Shown here: positions 36,918 through 47,457 of the stretch, one piece after another
How the letters are laid out: the number at the start of each line of letters is the position of its first letter
How positions within the stretch are numbered: the first letter of the stretch is position 1
Source of the DNA: Eubacteriales bacterium
Lineage (GTDB): Bacteria; Bacillota; Clostridia; Peptostreptococcales; Anaerovoracaceae
NCBI GenBank assembly: GCA_029009055.1
Contig: JAQXJR010000035.1
Coordinates: 6,196 to 70,195 of the forward strand
DNA length: 64,000 bases
Direction of reading: 5' to 3'
Notes under the pieces: model-generated
The model's input: the letters and a program-made list of their open reading frames with translations, nothing else
What the model was told of the DNA's origin: nothing
The model's database searches: none
Made by a program: the position numbers and the translations under genes

Positions 36918-38291
36918 ATGTCCGAAGAAAAAATCCAGGATCAGGCTGCAGAAAGCCCTGAAACTTCCGATTCCAGCACTCCTGAGGAAGAAACAGCCAT
37001 CATGAAGGACGCCGCTAACGCTAAGGAAGATTTTAAGGAACCTAAGAAACACCAGATGCCTCTCGCGGGCCAGATCTTCATAGCTCTGGTGTGCGCCATA
37101 GTAGTAGGAATGCTGATCCGCAACCACGCGGATTTCGCTGTCACTTACATACAGCCGTTCGGAACGATTTTCCTTAATCTCGTTAAATTCATCGTCGTTC
37201 CTATCGTGCTCTTCTCGATCATGGCAGGTGTAGTTTCCATGAGCGATATTAAGAAGGTAGGATTCATCGGAGGCACGTCTCTGGTCTACTACATGCTGAC
37301 TACAGCCTTCGCGACCACGATCGGCCTCATATTCGCTAACATTTTTAAGAGATTCTACCCGCTGCTGAACACGTCGAACCTGAGCTACGACGCTCCGCCT
37401 AAGACATCATTCATGGACACGATAGTTAATATATTCCCGTCCAACTTCATAACGCCGATGTCTGAAGCCAACATGCTGCAGGTCATCGTCATGGCTCTGC
37501 TCATAGGTTTCGCCATCATCCTGGCGGGTAAGGACGCCCAGCACGCTGTCGGGACTATAAACACGTGGAACGCCATATTCATGAAGGCCATGGACATGAT
37601 CCTGCGCCTGTCTCCTATCGGCGTTTTCTGCCTGCTCTGCCCGGTAGTAGCTCAGAACGGAGCCATGATCATAGGATCTCTGGCTATGGTCCTGCTGACA
37701 GCCTATATCTGCTATGTAGTTCATGCCGTATGCGTTTACTCGTTCACAGTCAGCACGCTTGGTAAGATGTCCCCGATAAAATTCTTTAAGGGCATGATGC
37801 CGGCCATGCTGTTCGCTTTCTCCAGCGCTTCATCTGTCGGAACGCTGCCGCTTAACATGGAGTGCGCTCAGAAGCTCGGAGCTTCTAAGGAAGTAACATC
37901 ATTCGTACTTCCGCTCGGAGCTACGATAAACATGGACGGAACAGCCATCTATCAGGGTGTCTGCGCTATATTCATCGCCAGCTGCTATGGCATCCACCTG
38001 ACACTTCCTCAGATGGTAACCATAGTACTTACAGCTACCCTCGCTTCCATAGGTACAGCAGGTGTTCCTGGCGCGGGCATGGTAATGCTGGCCATGGTAC
38101 TGCAGTCCGTAGGTCTTCCTATCTCAGGTATCGCCCTCGTAGCTGGTGTAGATCGTATATTCGATATGGGTCGTACTACACTTAACATCACAGGAGACGC
38201 TTCCTGCGCAGTAATAATCTCACACATGCAGGATAAGAGGAACGCTAAGAAAGCCGCTAAGGAAGCTAAGGTCGAGAACGCCCAGGCGTGA
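36918..38291 (+). CDS. Dicarboxylate/amino acid:cation symporter (DAACS)
   Basis: FSSASSVGTLP, LPLGATINMDGTA and SIGTAGVPG. Confidence 0.93.
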   Translation: MSEEKIQDQAAESPETSDSSTPEEETAIMKDAANAKEDFKEPKKHQMPLAGQIFIALVCAIVVGMLIRNHADFAVTYIQPFGTIFLNLVKFIVVPIVLFSIMAGVVSMSDIKKVGFIGGTSLVYYMLTTAFATTIGLIFANIFKRFYPLLNTSNLSYDAPPKTSFMDTIVNIFPSNFITPMSEANMLQVIVMALLIGFAIILAGKDAQHAVGTINTWNAIFMKAMDMILRLSPIGVFCLLCPVVAQNGAMIIGSLAMVLLTAYICYVVHAVCVYSFTVSTLGKMSPIKFFKGMMPAMLFAFSSASSVGTLPLNMECAQKLGASKEVTSFVLPLGATINMDGTAIYQGVCAIFIASCYGIHLTLPQMVTIVLTATLASIGTAGVPGAGMVMLAMVLQSVGLPISGIALVAGVDRIFDMGRTTLNITGDASCAVIISHMQDKRNAKKAAKEAKVENAQA

Positions 38292-38497
38292 TCTCGAGCA
38301 AAGACATAACGCGTGCTATACGCTCCGCGTTGACCGGTATACCCCGGCGCGCAGATAATTAACAGCGTTGGGAAATCAAAAAATGAAGAACCGCGCCTAT
38401 GGCGATTTCCTAAGTTGAATATCTTTACTGACATTCATCTGTGGAACGCTTAAGGCGCGGTTTATTTTAGTTTTCGATAACAAATTTCGGCTGGATC

Positions 38498-39259
38498 CTA
38501 ATATACTCCCAGTACTCTCAAAGCCAGTAAGATCAATACTCCTATGATCACCGGGCGTACTATGGCAGCCCCTTTCTTTATGGCCAGGCCGCTTCCGACA
38601 TAGTTCCCCGCTATGTTGCAGAGAGCCGCGGCGACGCCTAAACCTATCAGGACTTTGCCGCTTATAAGAAATGTTATGAGAGCCGTCATGTTGGTCGTGA
38701 CATTTATCACCTTAGCCTGGGCGTTAGCGACTCCGACCTTCATGTGGGCGAATACCGTAAAGGCTATTATCAAGAAGGTTCCTGTGCCCGGGCCGTAGAA
38801 GCCGTCGTAGAAGCCGACTACTAAAGCCGCGACCGCAGCCACGATGATGGTCTTACGATTCACTACCGCCTCTTCCTTACCCTCGTCGCTGAAAAGATTC
38901 TTATTCAGAACGACGAAAGCCGCTACAGGAAGAACGACCAGCAGAACGTATTTCATGATTTTCTCGTCTACCCGCATAGAGACCTGCGCTCCGAGAGATG
39001 ACCCGATGATCGCCGCAATCACAGAAGGCACTGCCAGCTTAGCGCTCACGAGCTTCTCCTTAATGAAGCGGACTGTCGTAAGAGCCGTACCGAACGTCGA
39101 AGACATCTTATTCGTGCCTACAGCCAGATGCGGAGGAAGACCGGCTATGAGGTAGATAGGAAGCGATATGAGCCCGCCTCCTCCCGCGATGGAATCGACC
39201 AAACCCGCTAGAAACAGGAATGGGCAGACCAATAGATATGTGTAAATAGTAGGTGTCAT
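38498..39259 (-). CDS. Sulfite exporter TauE/SafE family protein
   Basis: DSIAGGGGLISLP, GTNK and GFYDGFYGPGTG. Confidence 0.9.
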   Translation of the reverse strand: MTPTIYTYLLVCPFLFLAGLVDSIAGGGGLISLPIYLIAGLPPHLAVGTNKMSSTFGTALTTVRFIKEKLVSAKLAVPSVIAAIIGSSLGAQVSMRVDEKIMKYVLLVVLPVAAFVVLNKNLFSDEGKEEAVVNRKTIIVAAVAALVVGFYDGFYGPGTGTFLIIAFTVFAHMKVGVANAQAKVINVTTNMTALITFLISGKVLIGLGVAAALCNIAGNYVGSGLAIKKGAAIVRPVIIGVLILLALRVLGVY

Positions 39260-39358
39260 ATATACTCCATTAATTATTTAGCAAATACTACCCGAGCTCA
39301 TTCCCTCCGGGTTTCCGGATATCAACCCCGCCTGCGATGGATGCCGCCGGACAGCCCG

Positions 39359-40066
39359 TCAGAACAGGCTCAGCTGCTCGAACTCTCGAGATCTCTTAAG
39401 CTCAGGGTCCGAAGCCGCCAAGAATTCAGCTGTGAGCTCCGGCTTGAATATCCAGTCTCGGATATTTTCCTCCGGTAAAATGAGCGGCATCCTGTCGTGG
39501 ACGGGAGCCATGCTCTCATTAGCGGCTGTTGTAAGTATAACGAATTCCTTATTAATATCAAGAAGCCCGCGACTTCCATCCTCAAATTGGCACCCGCCTT
39601 CAGAACCTGTAGGCTTTCGGCGCGGGACCAGCCTGTAGAAACCTGCCAGAAATATGGTGTGAGCCAGCTCCAGAGAGAAAGTTACCTTATTCTTCTTTGC
39701 GTCCCACTCATAAAACGTAGTGGCGGGGATGGCGCAGCGGCGCTTCTTCACGCTGTCGGAAAATGTCGGCTTATCCATGGCCGTCTCAGCTCTGGCGTTA
39801 ATAAGGAGCCTTCTGCCGGCTCCGGCCTTACCGCTTTCCCGCGAACGAGAATACACAAAATCATCCCCGCGACTGTCACCCGGCATTTCGAAGCCCCAGC
39901 GCATGTTCTCCGCTTTCAGCATGTAGCCATCGCCCGCTATGATGACGGCTTTCTCTGATGGGAAAACATCCCTATCGCCCAGCCAATCTATATCCGGATC
40001 GACCTCATCGACCACCCGCCTTATATCGTTCTCAGACTCTATGTCCATAGAATATCTGCCACACAT
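39359..40066 (-). CDS. SOS response-associated peptidase (SRAP/YedK/HMCES family)
   Basis: True start MCGRY (catalytic Cys2), MRWG, INARAET, FYEW (Glu) and HDRMP (His). The start overlaps the upstream stop (TGATG). The protein ends in EQLSLF. Confidence 0.92.
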   Translation of the reverse strand: MCGRYSMDIESENDIRRVVDEVDPDIDWLGDRDVFPSEKAVIIAGDGYMLKAENMRWGFEMPGDSRGDDFVYSRSRESGKAGAGRRLLINARAETAMDKPTFSDSVKKRRCAIPATTFYEWDAKKNKVTFSLELAHTIFLAGFYRLVPRRKPTGSEGGCQFEDGSRGLLDINKEFVILTTAANESMAPVHDRMPLILPEENIRDWIFKPELTAEFLAASDPELKRSREFEQLSLF

Positions 40067-41994
40067 CAGAATTCCTCCGTCGAAAGCCCGCTCGCGACCG
40101 GCATATGACCGAAGCCCTTTACACGCGCCCGACCATTCGCACTTATGAGCCTGCATCTATTGAGAGAAGCGTATATCTCCTGAGGCCTCACCATAGCCAG
40201 ATTCCCCGGGATCCTGCCCGAAAATACAGAAGAAAATCCCTTATCGCGGAGTTTATTCCAAGCCATGTCTATAACATCCCGATAAGCCTTTCTGCCATCT
40301 AGCTCAGGGAGAAGCCCCACAGCCAGCACGGCCAGGAGTTCTGTCTGCTCGCCGTCAACTATCTGGCTCAAAGCTCTTAGGTCTACCATGCTATGACCTA
40401 TCATGAAGCCATCACTTCCCAGGTTCTTATGCTTCACACGGTCGCCGCCGCGGCCGTGCCTTACCTCTGAAGACAAACTTCCTTTAAGCCGCCTGGAATT
40501 GAGATCCAGGTCCCGGAATTCTTCCCCGAACTTATCCACATCTTCCCCATTTTCTCTCAGCGGAACGAGTTTACGGACTTTATCCGTCACGTCATACGGT
40601 TCATACCTATCCATCTGTATGATCCTGTCTGCCTCGGCGAAAAAAGCTCCCGAGCTTCCCGCGACCAATATGGTCGATATGCCCATCTCCCTGTAGAGCC
40701 CGCGCATCTTAAGATTATACGGCTGGATCGGTTCCTGATCTCGGTTCACGATCTTTCTCATGAGGTCGTCGCAGACCATGAAATTCGTAGCGCATGTATC
40801 TTCATCCATAAGCAAGACCTTCGCCCCGGCTTCTATACTTTCGATCACGGAAGCCGCCTGGGATGTGGAGCCGCTGGCGTCCAAGCTGGAGAAGTGGCTC
40901 GTATCCCTGCCGTCAGGAAGTTCCCTGATAAATGGGGATATATCCACATCCGTTATAGACCTGCCGTCTTCCGCCCTGACCTTCATGGATGTAGGGTCTG
41001 TCATGACGAACTCTCTCCCGTCGCCCGCCACATGGTCGTAGACGCCTCGTTCCAAGGCTTCCAGTAATGTGGACTTACCGTGGTAGCCTCCGCCTATTAT
41101 GAGCGTGACACCCGGCCTTATCCCCATACCGGTGATTTTCCCCTTGTTAGGTAAAGTGAACTCCACCCGATCTTCCTCCGGCGACGTGAATAACTTAGCC
41201 CCATTCATCGGCTTCTGAGAAATGCCGCTTTCTCTAGGCAGCAAAGCCCCATCGGCCGCGAAGGCTATGAGTCCGGCCTCCCGCGTCATATCTCGCAGAG
41301 CCGTCCTGTCCTCAGCCAGTTCTATAGTTTCCCTTACTTCACTCTCCGACAGAGAATGGTAGAAAAGTGTTTTCCCCACACAATCCGGTAAGAAATCAAA
41401 GAGAATCTTCTCCAGTTCACGCGCGAGAACAGTGCGCCCCGCCGCAGGAAAGCCCACAGAAAGCCTGAAAACCATGTCTCGTGAATTCTTATCTATAGAT
41501 AGGGCACTTCTTTCAAGCACCTCCTGACCTGGGTCTGAACAGGAAACGAGGCCGCTCTTACCCGACCCCTTAGCCTCATGTGAAATCTTACCTATAGCCC
41601 TGTGAAACTTCCTTATGAGGAAATCCTCCAGAGCTGTTTTATTAGTCCTGGTATAAGGCCGTTCCGGGTCATAGAAACACCAGTCAGGAAACCCAGCCCG
41701 AGAGCCTTTAATATGAACGCTCACAGATGTTGGCGCCGCGAAAGGGTCTCCCTGGACGTGGTCTATACCTAAAACATAAGAACCGAAGTCGTAACTCCCC
41801 TGTAGGTCCTTATATGCCGGATAACCCCTGTGGTCTATCCTATACAGCATGTCGCGGAGGTCTTCCGCGCTTCCGCGCCTGCCCCTATCGGCATTAGGCG
41901 ACCCGAAACCACGGGAGCTGTTCTTATCCGGCCTCCTGCCGGATGGCCTGTTTTCTCCGCCCCTTCCACTGTAGCTTCTATTATCTCTTCTCAT
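40066..41994 (-). CDS. ABC-class ATPase domain protein (COG3044-like)
   Basis: HVQGDPFAAP, GSGKSG, Walker A GGGYHGKST, ASGSTSQAA and DEDTCATNFM. RG-rich N-terminal tail. Confidence 0.85.
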   Translation of the reverse strand: MRRDNRSYSGRGGENRPSGRRPDKNSSRGFGSPNADRGRRGSAEDLRDMLYRIDHRGYPAYKDLQGSYDFGSYVLGIDHVQGDPFAAPTSVSVHIKGSRAGFPDWCFYDPERPYTRTNKTALEDFLIRKFHRAIGKISHEAKGSGKSGLVSCSDPGQEVLERSALSIDKNSRDMVFRLSVGFPAAGRTVLARELEKILFDFLPDCVGKTLFYHSLSESEVRETIELAEDRTALRDMTREAGLIAFAADGALLPRESGISQKPMNGAKLFTSPEEDRVEFTLPNKGKITGMGIRPGVTLIIGGGYHGKSTLLEALERGVYDHVAGDGREFVMTDPTSMKVRAEDGRSITDVDISPFIRELPDGRDTSHFSSLDASGSTSQAASVIESIEAGAKVLLMDEDTCATNFMVCDDLMRKIVNRDQEPIQPYNLKMRGLYREMGISTILVAGSSGAFFAEADRIIQMDRYEPYDVTDKVRKLVPLRENGEDVDKFGEEFRDLDLNSRRLKGSLSSEVRHGRGGDRVKHKNLGSDGFMIGHSMVDLRALSQIVDGEQTELLAVLAVGLLPELDGRKAYRDVIDMAWNKLRDKGFSSVFSGRIPGNLAMVRPQEIYASLNRCRLISANGRARVKGFGHMPVASGLSTEEF

Positions 41995-42001
41995 TACATC
42001 C

Positions 42002-42451
42002 TCATTTCAATGGTATATCGCTGTAGTTCATGCAATAAGCCGCGAGCACCAGATTTCCACCTTTATCCAGATAGAATCTCAACTGCGAGTCCCTCTGAGC
42101 GCTGTCCGACCCTTCCGGCATTTCGTACATGAGGACTGTTTCAGCCTCTTCCAGCACTTCTGTATCCTCCATGTTGTTGGCCTTCCCGTTTATATAAACG
42201 CGGTCAGAGACGGGATCGAAAGGTTCCGGCTTTGCTGTGTCATCCCCATACGCTTCCTCTATGTCGGAAAGTGAGGCAGGAAAGGTAATGCCCCGCCTGG
42301 TCATGAAATCATCGCCGGAAACGAATGTCACGAAACCGCTCTTATAGCCTTGTTTCTCCAGGAGCGTAAGCACGTTCCCCGTTTTAATGGCCTGAGTCAC
42401 GGGATTATCCCCTGAAACCGCGAAATCAGACCTTCTTATCTCTTTATCCAT
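42002..42451 (-). CDS. Hypothetical protein
   Basis: 149-aa ORF in operon context with genome-typical codon usage and an RBS-like GGGGAT. Confidence 0.6.
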   Translation of the reverse strand: MDKEIRRSDFAVSGDNPVTQAIKTGNVLTLLEKQGYKSGFVTFVSGDDFMTRRGITFPASLSDIEEAYGDDTAKPEPFDPVSDRVYINGKANNMEDTEVLEEAETVLMYEMPEGSDSAQRDSQLRFYLDKGGNLVLAAYCMNYSDIPLK

Positions 42452-42502
42452 ATTATCCCCTTTTTATGTACGAAAGCTTTATCAGGTAAAATTCTACCAG
42501 AT

Positions 42503-43837
42503 TCAGCCACCTATTTTATATATTTTCTTTCTCCTGTACTCAGCGTATGAGATAAGGAAATTCACGAGCCAGCCGAGCGGCACCGGGAGCCAGACGAAAG
42601 CGACGCCATACCGGGGAGCCAGCAGCCAGGCGCCCAGCACTCTGACCGTTAGATTCACCAGGTTCGCGACCATGAAGACGTTCATGTAGCCCATGCCCCT
42701 AAGCACGCCGTCCGTAGCCATCTTAATGCCCATGAATATGTAGAAATAGCCTATCCATTTCATGTAGCCAATAGACACGTAGTAAGCCATGTCCGTTCCT
42801 TTATCCGTCAGGAAGAGTCCCGCTATCTGCCTGTTGCAAAGCATAATCACGGTGAAGGCCAGGGCCGCTCCCATAGCGTCCAGAACCAGGCCCGCCTTAT
42901 ATCCTTCCCTTATCCTCTTAAGTTTCCCCGCTCCATAGTTCTGCGAGACGAATGGGGAAACAGCGTTTCCTATGGAAACGAATATCATGGAAAATATGCT
43001 TTCCACCCGGCTCGTAGCTGTATAACCCGCGAGAGCGTCTGTTCCGAAGCTGTTCACGACAGACTGAACCAGCATCATTCCTATGGATATGGTCGCCTGC
43101 TGGATAATAGACGGGATAGCGAGACGCAGCATGGCCAGGAGTTCTTTGCTGTCGAACCGGGAGAATTCATCCCCATACTTCCTCATTTCACGGATAAAGA
43201 GGAAAAGAGACAGGACAGCAGATATACCCTGGGCTATCAGAGTCGCGAGCGCCGCTCCGAACACACCTAAGTCCAGCGAGATAACCATCCATAGGTCCAG
43301 GACTATGTTGAGCAGCGACGAGAATATGAGCAGATAAAGCGGGACTCTCGATTTCCCGACGGCGTTGAACATGCTGGCGAGCACGTTATAAATGAACAGG
43401 AATGGGAAGCCGGCGAAATACACTTTCAGGTAGAGCACCGCCATGCTCATGACATCGTCCGGCGTGTTTAAGGCGCTCATTATGGGCCTGCTGAATATGA
43501 AGCCGATCAGGCCCATGACTATGCTCATGCCGAGGAAGAACCACATGGCCGTGGAGACTCTAGTCTTCATCTTCCCATACTCCCGAGCGCCGAAGCTGCG
43601 GCTGACCAGGATGGACGAACCCACGCCCGCTCCCACAGCTACGCAGATGAAAACTGTTGTGAGGGCAGACGATGCTCCCACTGCGGCCAGCGCCTCCTGG
43701 CTCACGAACCTCCCCACGATCACGGAGTCCGCCATGTTGTAGACCTGCTGGAACAGGCTGCCCAGGATCATCGGAACGGCGAAAACGAACAGGGCCTTAA
43801 GCGGTTTTTCAGTTATAAGGTATTCATCATTGCTCAT
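42503..43837 (-). CDS. MATE family efflux transporter
   Basis: FQQVYNMADSVIVG, ALAAVG, NIVLD, GAALATLIAQ and SQNYGAG. Confidence 0.92.
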   Translation of the reverse strand: MSNDEYLITEKPLKALFVFAVPMILGSLFQQVYNMADSVIVGRFVSQEALAAVGASSALTTVFICVAVGAGVGSSILVSRSFGAREYGKMKTRVSTAMWFFLGMSIVMGLIGFIFSRPIMSALNTPDDVMSMAVLYLKVYFAGFPFLFIYNVLASMFNAVGKSRVPLYLLIFSSLLNIVLDLWMVISLDLGVFGAALATLIAQGISAVLSLFLFIREMRKYGDEFSRFDSKELLAMLRLAIPSIIQQATISIGMMLVQSVVNSFGTDALAGYTATSRVESIFSMIFVSIGNAVSPFVSQNYGAGKLKRIREGYKAGLVLDAMGAALAFTVIMLCNRQIAGLFLTDKGTDMAYYVSIGYMKWIGYFYIFMGIKMATDGVLRGMGYMNVFMVANLVNLTVRVLGAWLLAPRYGVAFVWLPVPLGWLVNFLISYAEYRRKKIYKIGG

Positions 43838-44438
43838 GTGGCATCCTCGCCTGATTTTCCTTTTTCTTCTTACGTAAAGCGTATGTCCTGGCGGTGAGTA
43901 TATAGAAGCCAGCCGTGATCACTCCAATCAGAGTGATAGGCGGCCAGATGAAGAAGCCCCCAAGCAAACATATTATTTTGATCAAAATATCGAGCCTCAA
44001 TGTCTTCTCGGCGTAGACGAGGAAGCCTATGGACTCGTTTTCATCAGCGTTATCCTTAGCTAACGATATGTAAATGAAGTATAAGGTAAGGGTCGTGATG
44101 AGTATGACTATTCCGTAAAGCAGCTCATCCGCCCTAGATTCCGGCCATTTACCCACCAGATATGTCATGTATGGCTGGAATGAAGCAAAGAACAGCAGGA
44201 GTATAGAAAGTCCCAGCGTCCTGTGCGATATAACGTTTATATGTCTCCATGCGTCGTGCAGACTTATCCACATGCTGGCCAGCCAGAAGAAACTTAAGGC
44301 GTATGTCACATAGCTTACCCATAGATCCGCGAAAGCCTGAAACGTAGGCGCCGTCGGCTTCTCGAGCTCCAGCACCAGTATAGTCATTATGATTGCCAGA
44401 ATGGCGTCCATGAACGCCCCTAACCTGTCCTTTTCCAT
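43827..44438 (-). CDS. TMEM175 family potassium channel (DUF1211)
   Basis: RLGAFMDAILAIIMTILVLEL (FSD-like motif), SFFWLASMW.SLH and P.MT. Confidence 0.85.
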   Translation of the reverse strand: MEKDRLGAFMDAILAIIMTILVLELEKPTAPTFQAFADLWVSYVTYALSFFWLASMWISLHDAWRHINVISHRTLGLSILLLFFASFQPYMTYLVGKWPESRADELLYGIVILITTLTLYFIYISLAKDNADENESIGFLVYAEKTLRLDILIKIICLLGGFFIWPPITLIGVITAGFYILTARTYALRKKKKENQARMPHEQ

Positions 44439-44542
44439 ATATACACCTCGGTTTTACCAAAACCTCTGTTTTAATTATCTATGGGGATTATATTGCAAAA
44501 TCCATCCTCATTCACCCTTATTTATCGTAATAAGGCTTTTAT

Positions 44543-45559
44543 TTATGATTCCTGCCTGTTCACTATCACTATGCCCGCCGAAACCAGAGCCAGAGCCCCA
44601 ATTCCGGCCAGACTGAAAGCCTGATTCGTCTCTCCAAGCAGCAAAGCGGAAAGCATCACTCCCACTACCGGGTTCACGAAGCTGAAAACAGCCACCCTGC
44701 TGACCGGGTTATACTTAAGCAGCATACTCCAAAGTGTGTAGGCGCAGGCCGATATGAAAGCCATGTATAGAAGCAGGAATATGCCTAATGCTATATGAGC
44801 GCCTCCGGAGGAAACGCCGGACGCCGCGTAAAGTAAGGAGCCCTCAACTCCGATCCTCTCCATGGCGCCTTCCTGGCCCGTTAGACGCAGCCTTCCTCCC
44901 GCTGCCAGAGATCCTAGAGTCAGGAATATACCGCCCAAGATGAACTGCCAGCCTGAAAGTGCCATAGGATCTTCTTCCTTACCGGCGTATTTAATGTAAC
45001 AGGCCGCCAGCGCCGCCGAGACCGTGGATAAAAGCACAGCCCCCTCTCCAGCGATAGAAAAACCGAAATTCCCTGCCCCGTTACCCTGCCAAGGCACTTC
45101 TATCAGCGCTACGCCGGCGAATCCTATCAGGCAGCCTACGACCTTCCTCACGGTCATTTTCTCCGTGCGGAATATCAGAGCCGCGAAAAGTATGGTTATG
45201 AACGTGTTTGCCGCCGATATGAGTGATGAACTTACGCCGCTCGCGTGTGCCAGCCCTACGTAGAACAGGAAATACTGGCCTATGGTCTGCGTAAGCGCCA
45301 GAACGATGACATGTTTTATGCTGGATCTTTTAACTGTAGCAAAGTGTCCCCGCATAAAGCTCGCTGCCGCGATGACCATGATCCCGGCTATGGTGAAGCG
45401 GACGCCGGCGAAAATGATCTGTCCCGCCGTATCAGCCGTTCCTATGCCGAAAAAAGCGTATCCTATCTTAATGCAGGGAAAGGCGCTTCCCCATAGAAAT
45501 GTGGCGATCAAAGCCATCGATACCAATACGGGAGTTTTCTCCCAATAACTTTTCCCCAT
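44543..45559 (-). CDS. DMT/EamA family transporter
   Basis: LWGSAFPCIKIG, AGVRF, QYFLFY.GL and PVVGVMLS. Start ATG 45559 with RBS GGAG. Confidence 0.88.
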   Translation of the reverse strand: MGKSYWEKTPVLVSMALIATFLWGSAFPCIKIGYAFFGIGTADTAGQIIFAGVRFTIAGIMVIAAASFMRGHFATVKRSSIKHVIVLALTQTIGQYFLFYVGLAHASGVSSSLISAANTFITILFAALIFRTEKMTVRKVVGCLIGFAGVALIEVPWQGNGAGNFGFSIAGEGAVLLSTVSAALAACYIKYAGKEEDPMALSGWQFILGGIFLTLGSLAAGGRLRLTGQEGAMERIGVEGSLLYAASGVSSGGAHIALGIFLLLYMAFISACAYTLWSMLLKYNPVSRVAVFSFVNPVVGVMLSALLLGETNQAFSLAGIGALALVSAGIVIVNRQES

Positions 45560-46020
45560 ATATATCCGCTCCAATTAATTTTCAACAGCGGAGAAACGTT
45601 TATATTTCCCCATTCAAAACCCTTTTCCACAGAATAGGCAAAAATCGTATACAATCTGATCGACATTTCCATGTGGATATGTCAAAGCACTGCTTATATT
45701 GAAATTCCAACATTTAACCGAATTATCCATTATCTGGTATTCCTTTTATCCACAAGTTTTCAACAATTCATTTCTGCCTGAATATGTCAGAATCATGAAA
45801 GTTCCCCAAATGTGTAAAATTCCTGCGCTCAGGGCACGCGTCAAGCTCGATAAGAATCAATGGCGCGCGATAAACCTTGAATGACCATAAGAAAGACCGG
45901 AAAACCATCTCTGATCCTCCGGTCCCATTATAAACTTTTCAGAAAACTTTTCTGCCGAAAAAGGCGCCTGGCCAAATACACGTGTCTGCTTTGCTCAATA
46001 AAGCCATACGCCAGGCACGT

Positions 46021-47457
46021 CTATTCTGTCTGCTCAGAAACTCCGGTTTCTTCCTGCTTAGCCTTTATCTTACGGAAGTAAGAACCCGTCAGCTTCACGA
46101 CCTGAGGCGACAGAGCCAGGAGGGCTATCAGGTTCGGGATGGCCATGAGGCCGTTCATAGCATCCGCGATCGTCCATACCATGCTCAGCTTTACTGTGGC
46201 GCCAACTACTACGAACACTACATATATAGCCTGGTAAGCCAGCATGCCCTTAGGCCCGGCCAGGAATTCCACGCATCTTCCGCCGTAAAGACTCCAGGAA
46301 AGCAGCGTCGAGAAGGCGAACATGGTCAGGCAGACAGCTATGATGATCGAAGCCAGTTTACTGCCGAATGTCGTGCCGAAAGCCAGGATCGTGAGCTCAG
46401 CTCCGACCTGCTGACCGTAGAAGCCGGCAGCCTTACCGGAAACCAAGATGGAGAGAGCTGTCAAGGTGCAGATGACTATGGTATCAGCGAAAACTTCGAA
46501 CACGCCATACATGCCCTGCTGGACCGGGTGATTAACGTCAGCCGCCGCGTGAGCTATCGGAGCTGTTCCGAGTCCTGCCTCATTAGAGAATATGCCGCGT
46601 CCGAAACCGGCTTTCATAGCCTGCTGAATAGCTACGCCAGCCAGACCTCCGCTTATGGATGCCGGTTTGAAAGCTCCTTCGAATATATCCCTGAATACAG
46701 GCCCGATCATGTCCAGGTGGTCGAATACCACGATAAGCGCAGTCACTATATATATAAGCGCCATGATAGGAACGAGCTTCTCTGTAACGTTTCCTATTCT
46801 CTGAAGTCCTCCGAACAGGACCAGGATAGTGAGCACAGCCCCGATGATACCGATGATCAGGTAAATGATCTCCAACTGTTCTGTCGTCATGCCCGGGTTA
46901 TATGCCTGGAAAACAGAGCCGATGGAAGTCGCGATCGTGTTTATCTGGGTCATATTTCCCGTTCCCATAGCAGCGACCGCGCCGAAAACGCAGAAAATCA
47001 CAGCCAGGAAGTTCCACTTCTTCCCCAGACCGTTACGGATGTAATACATAGGTCCGCCTATGAAATCACCCTTCTCGTTCTTCTCTCTGTAATGCACGGA
47101 TAGTATGATCTCAGAGTATTTCGTGCACATGCCGAAAAGAGCCGCCAGCCACATCCAGAATATGGCACCAGGCCCACCGAGCCCTATAGCTCCGGCTACG
47201 CCCGCTATGTTACCGGTTCCGACCGTTCCCGCCAGAGCCGTCGTCAAGGCCTGTATCGGGGTGAGCGCCCCGTCCTTACACTCCTTCTTATCGAACAGCT
47301 TTCCGACCGTGGACTTCATTATGAATCCGAACCTGCGGAACTGGATGAATCCCAGCCTGCAAGACATGAAGATACCCGTACCGATCAAGAGCGCCATAAG
47401 AGGAACTCCCCAGATGAAATTATCCGCGCTGGTCAGGAACTTACTAAATCCTTCCAT
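46021..47457 (-). CDS. Alanine/glycine:cation symporter (AGCS family)
   Basis: ALAGTVGTGNIAGVA, GGPGAIFWMW, GGPMYY, RGIFSNEAGLG and DTIVICTLT. Confidence 0.93.
   Translation of the reverse strand: MEGFSKFLTSADNFIWGVPLMALLIGTGIFMSCRLGFIQFRRFGFIMKSTVGKLFDKKECKDGALTPIQALTTALAGTVGTGNIAGVAGAIGLGGPGAIFWMWLAALFGMCTKYSEIILSVHYREKNEKGDFIGGPMYYIRNGLGKKWNFLAVIFCVFGAVAAMGTGNMTQINTIATSIGSVFQAYNPGMTTEQLEIIYLIIGIIGAVLTILVLFGGLQRIGNVTEKLVPIMALIYIVTALIVVFDHLDMIGPVFRDIFEGAFKPASISGGLAGVAIQQAMKAGFGRGIFSNEAGLGTAPIAHAAADVNHPVQQGMYGVFEVFADTIVICTLTALSILVSGKAAGFYGQQVGAELTILAFGTTFGSKLASIIIAVCLTMFAFSTLLSWSLYGGRCVEFLAGPKGMLAYQAIYVVFVVVGATVKLSMVWTIADAMNGLMAIPNLIALLALSPQVVKLTGSYFRKIKAKQEETGVSEQTE

Noticed and set aside
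38389-38462. 10-bp inverted repeat with a 54-nt loop between convergent genes
   Set aside because: Adequately explained as a bidirectional terminator, with no further evidence for an ncRNA.
45934-45948. CodY-like box ACTTTTCAGAAAACT (and a 3-mismatch box near 19692)
   Set aside because: Such AT-rich matches arise by chance, and this one is far from the nearest start codon.
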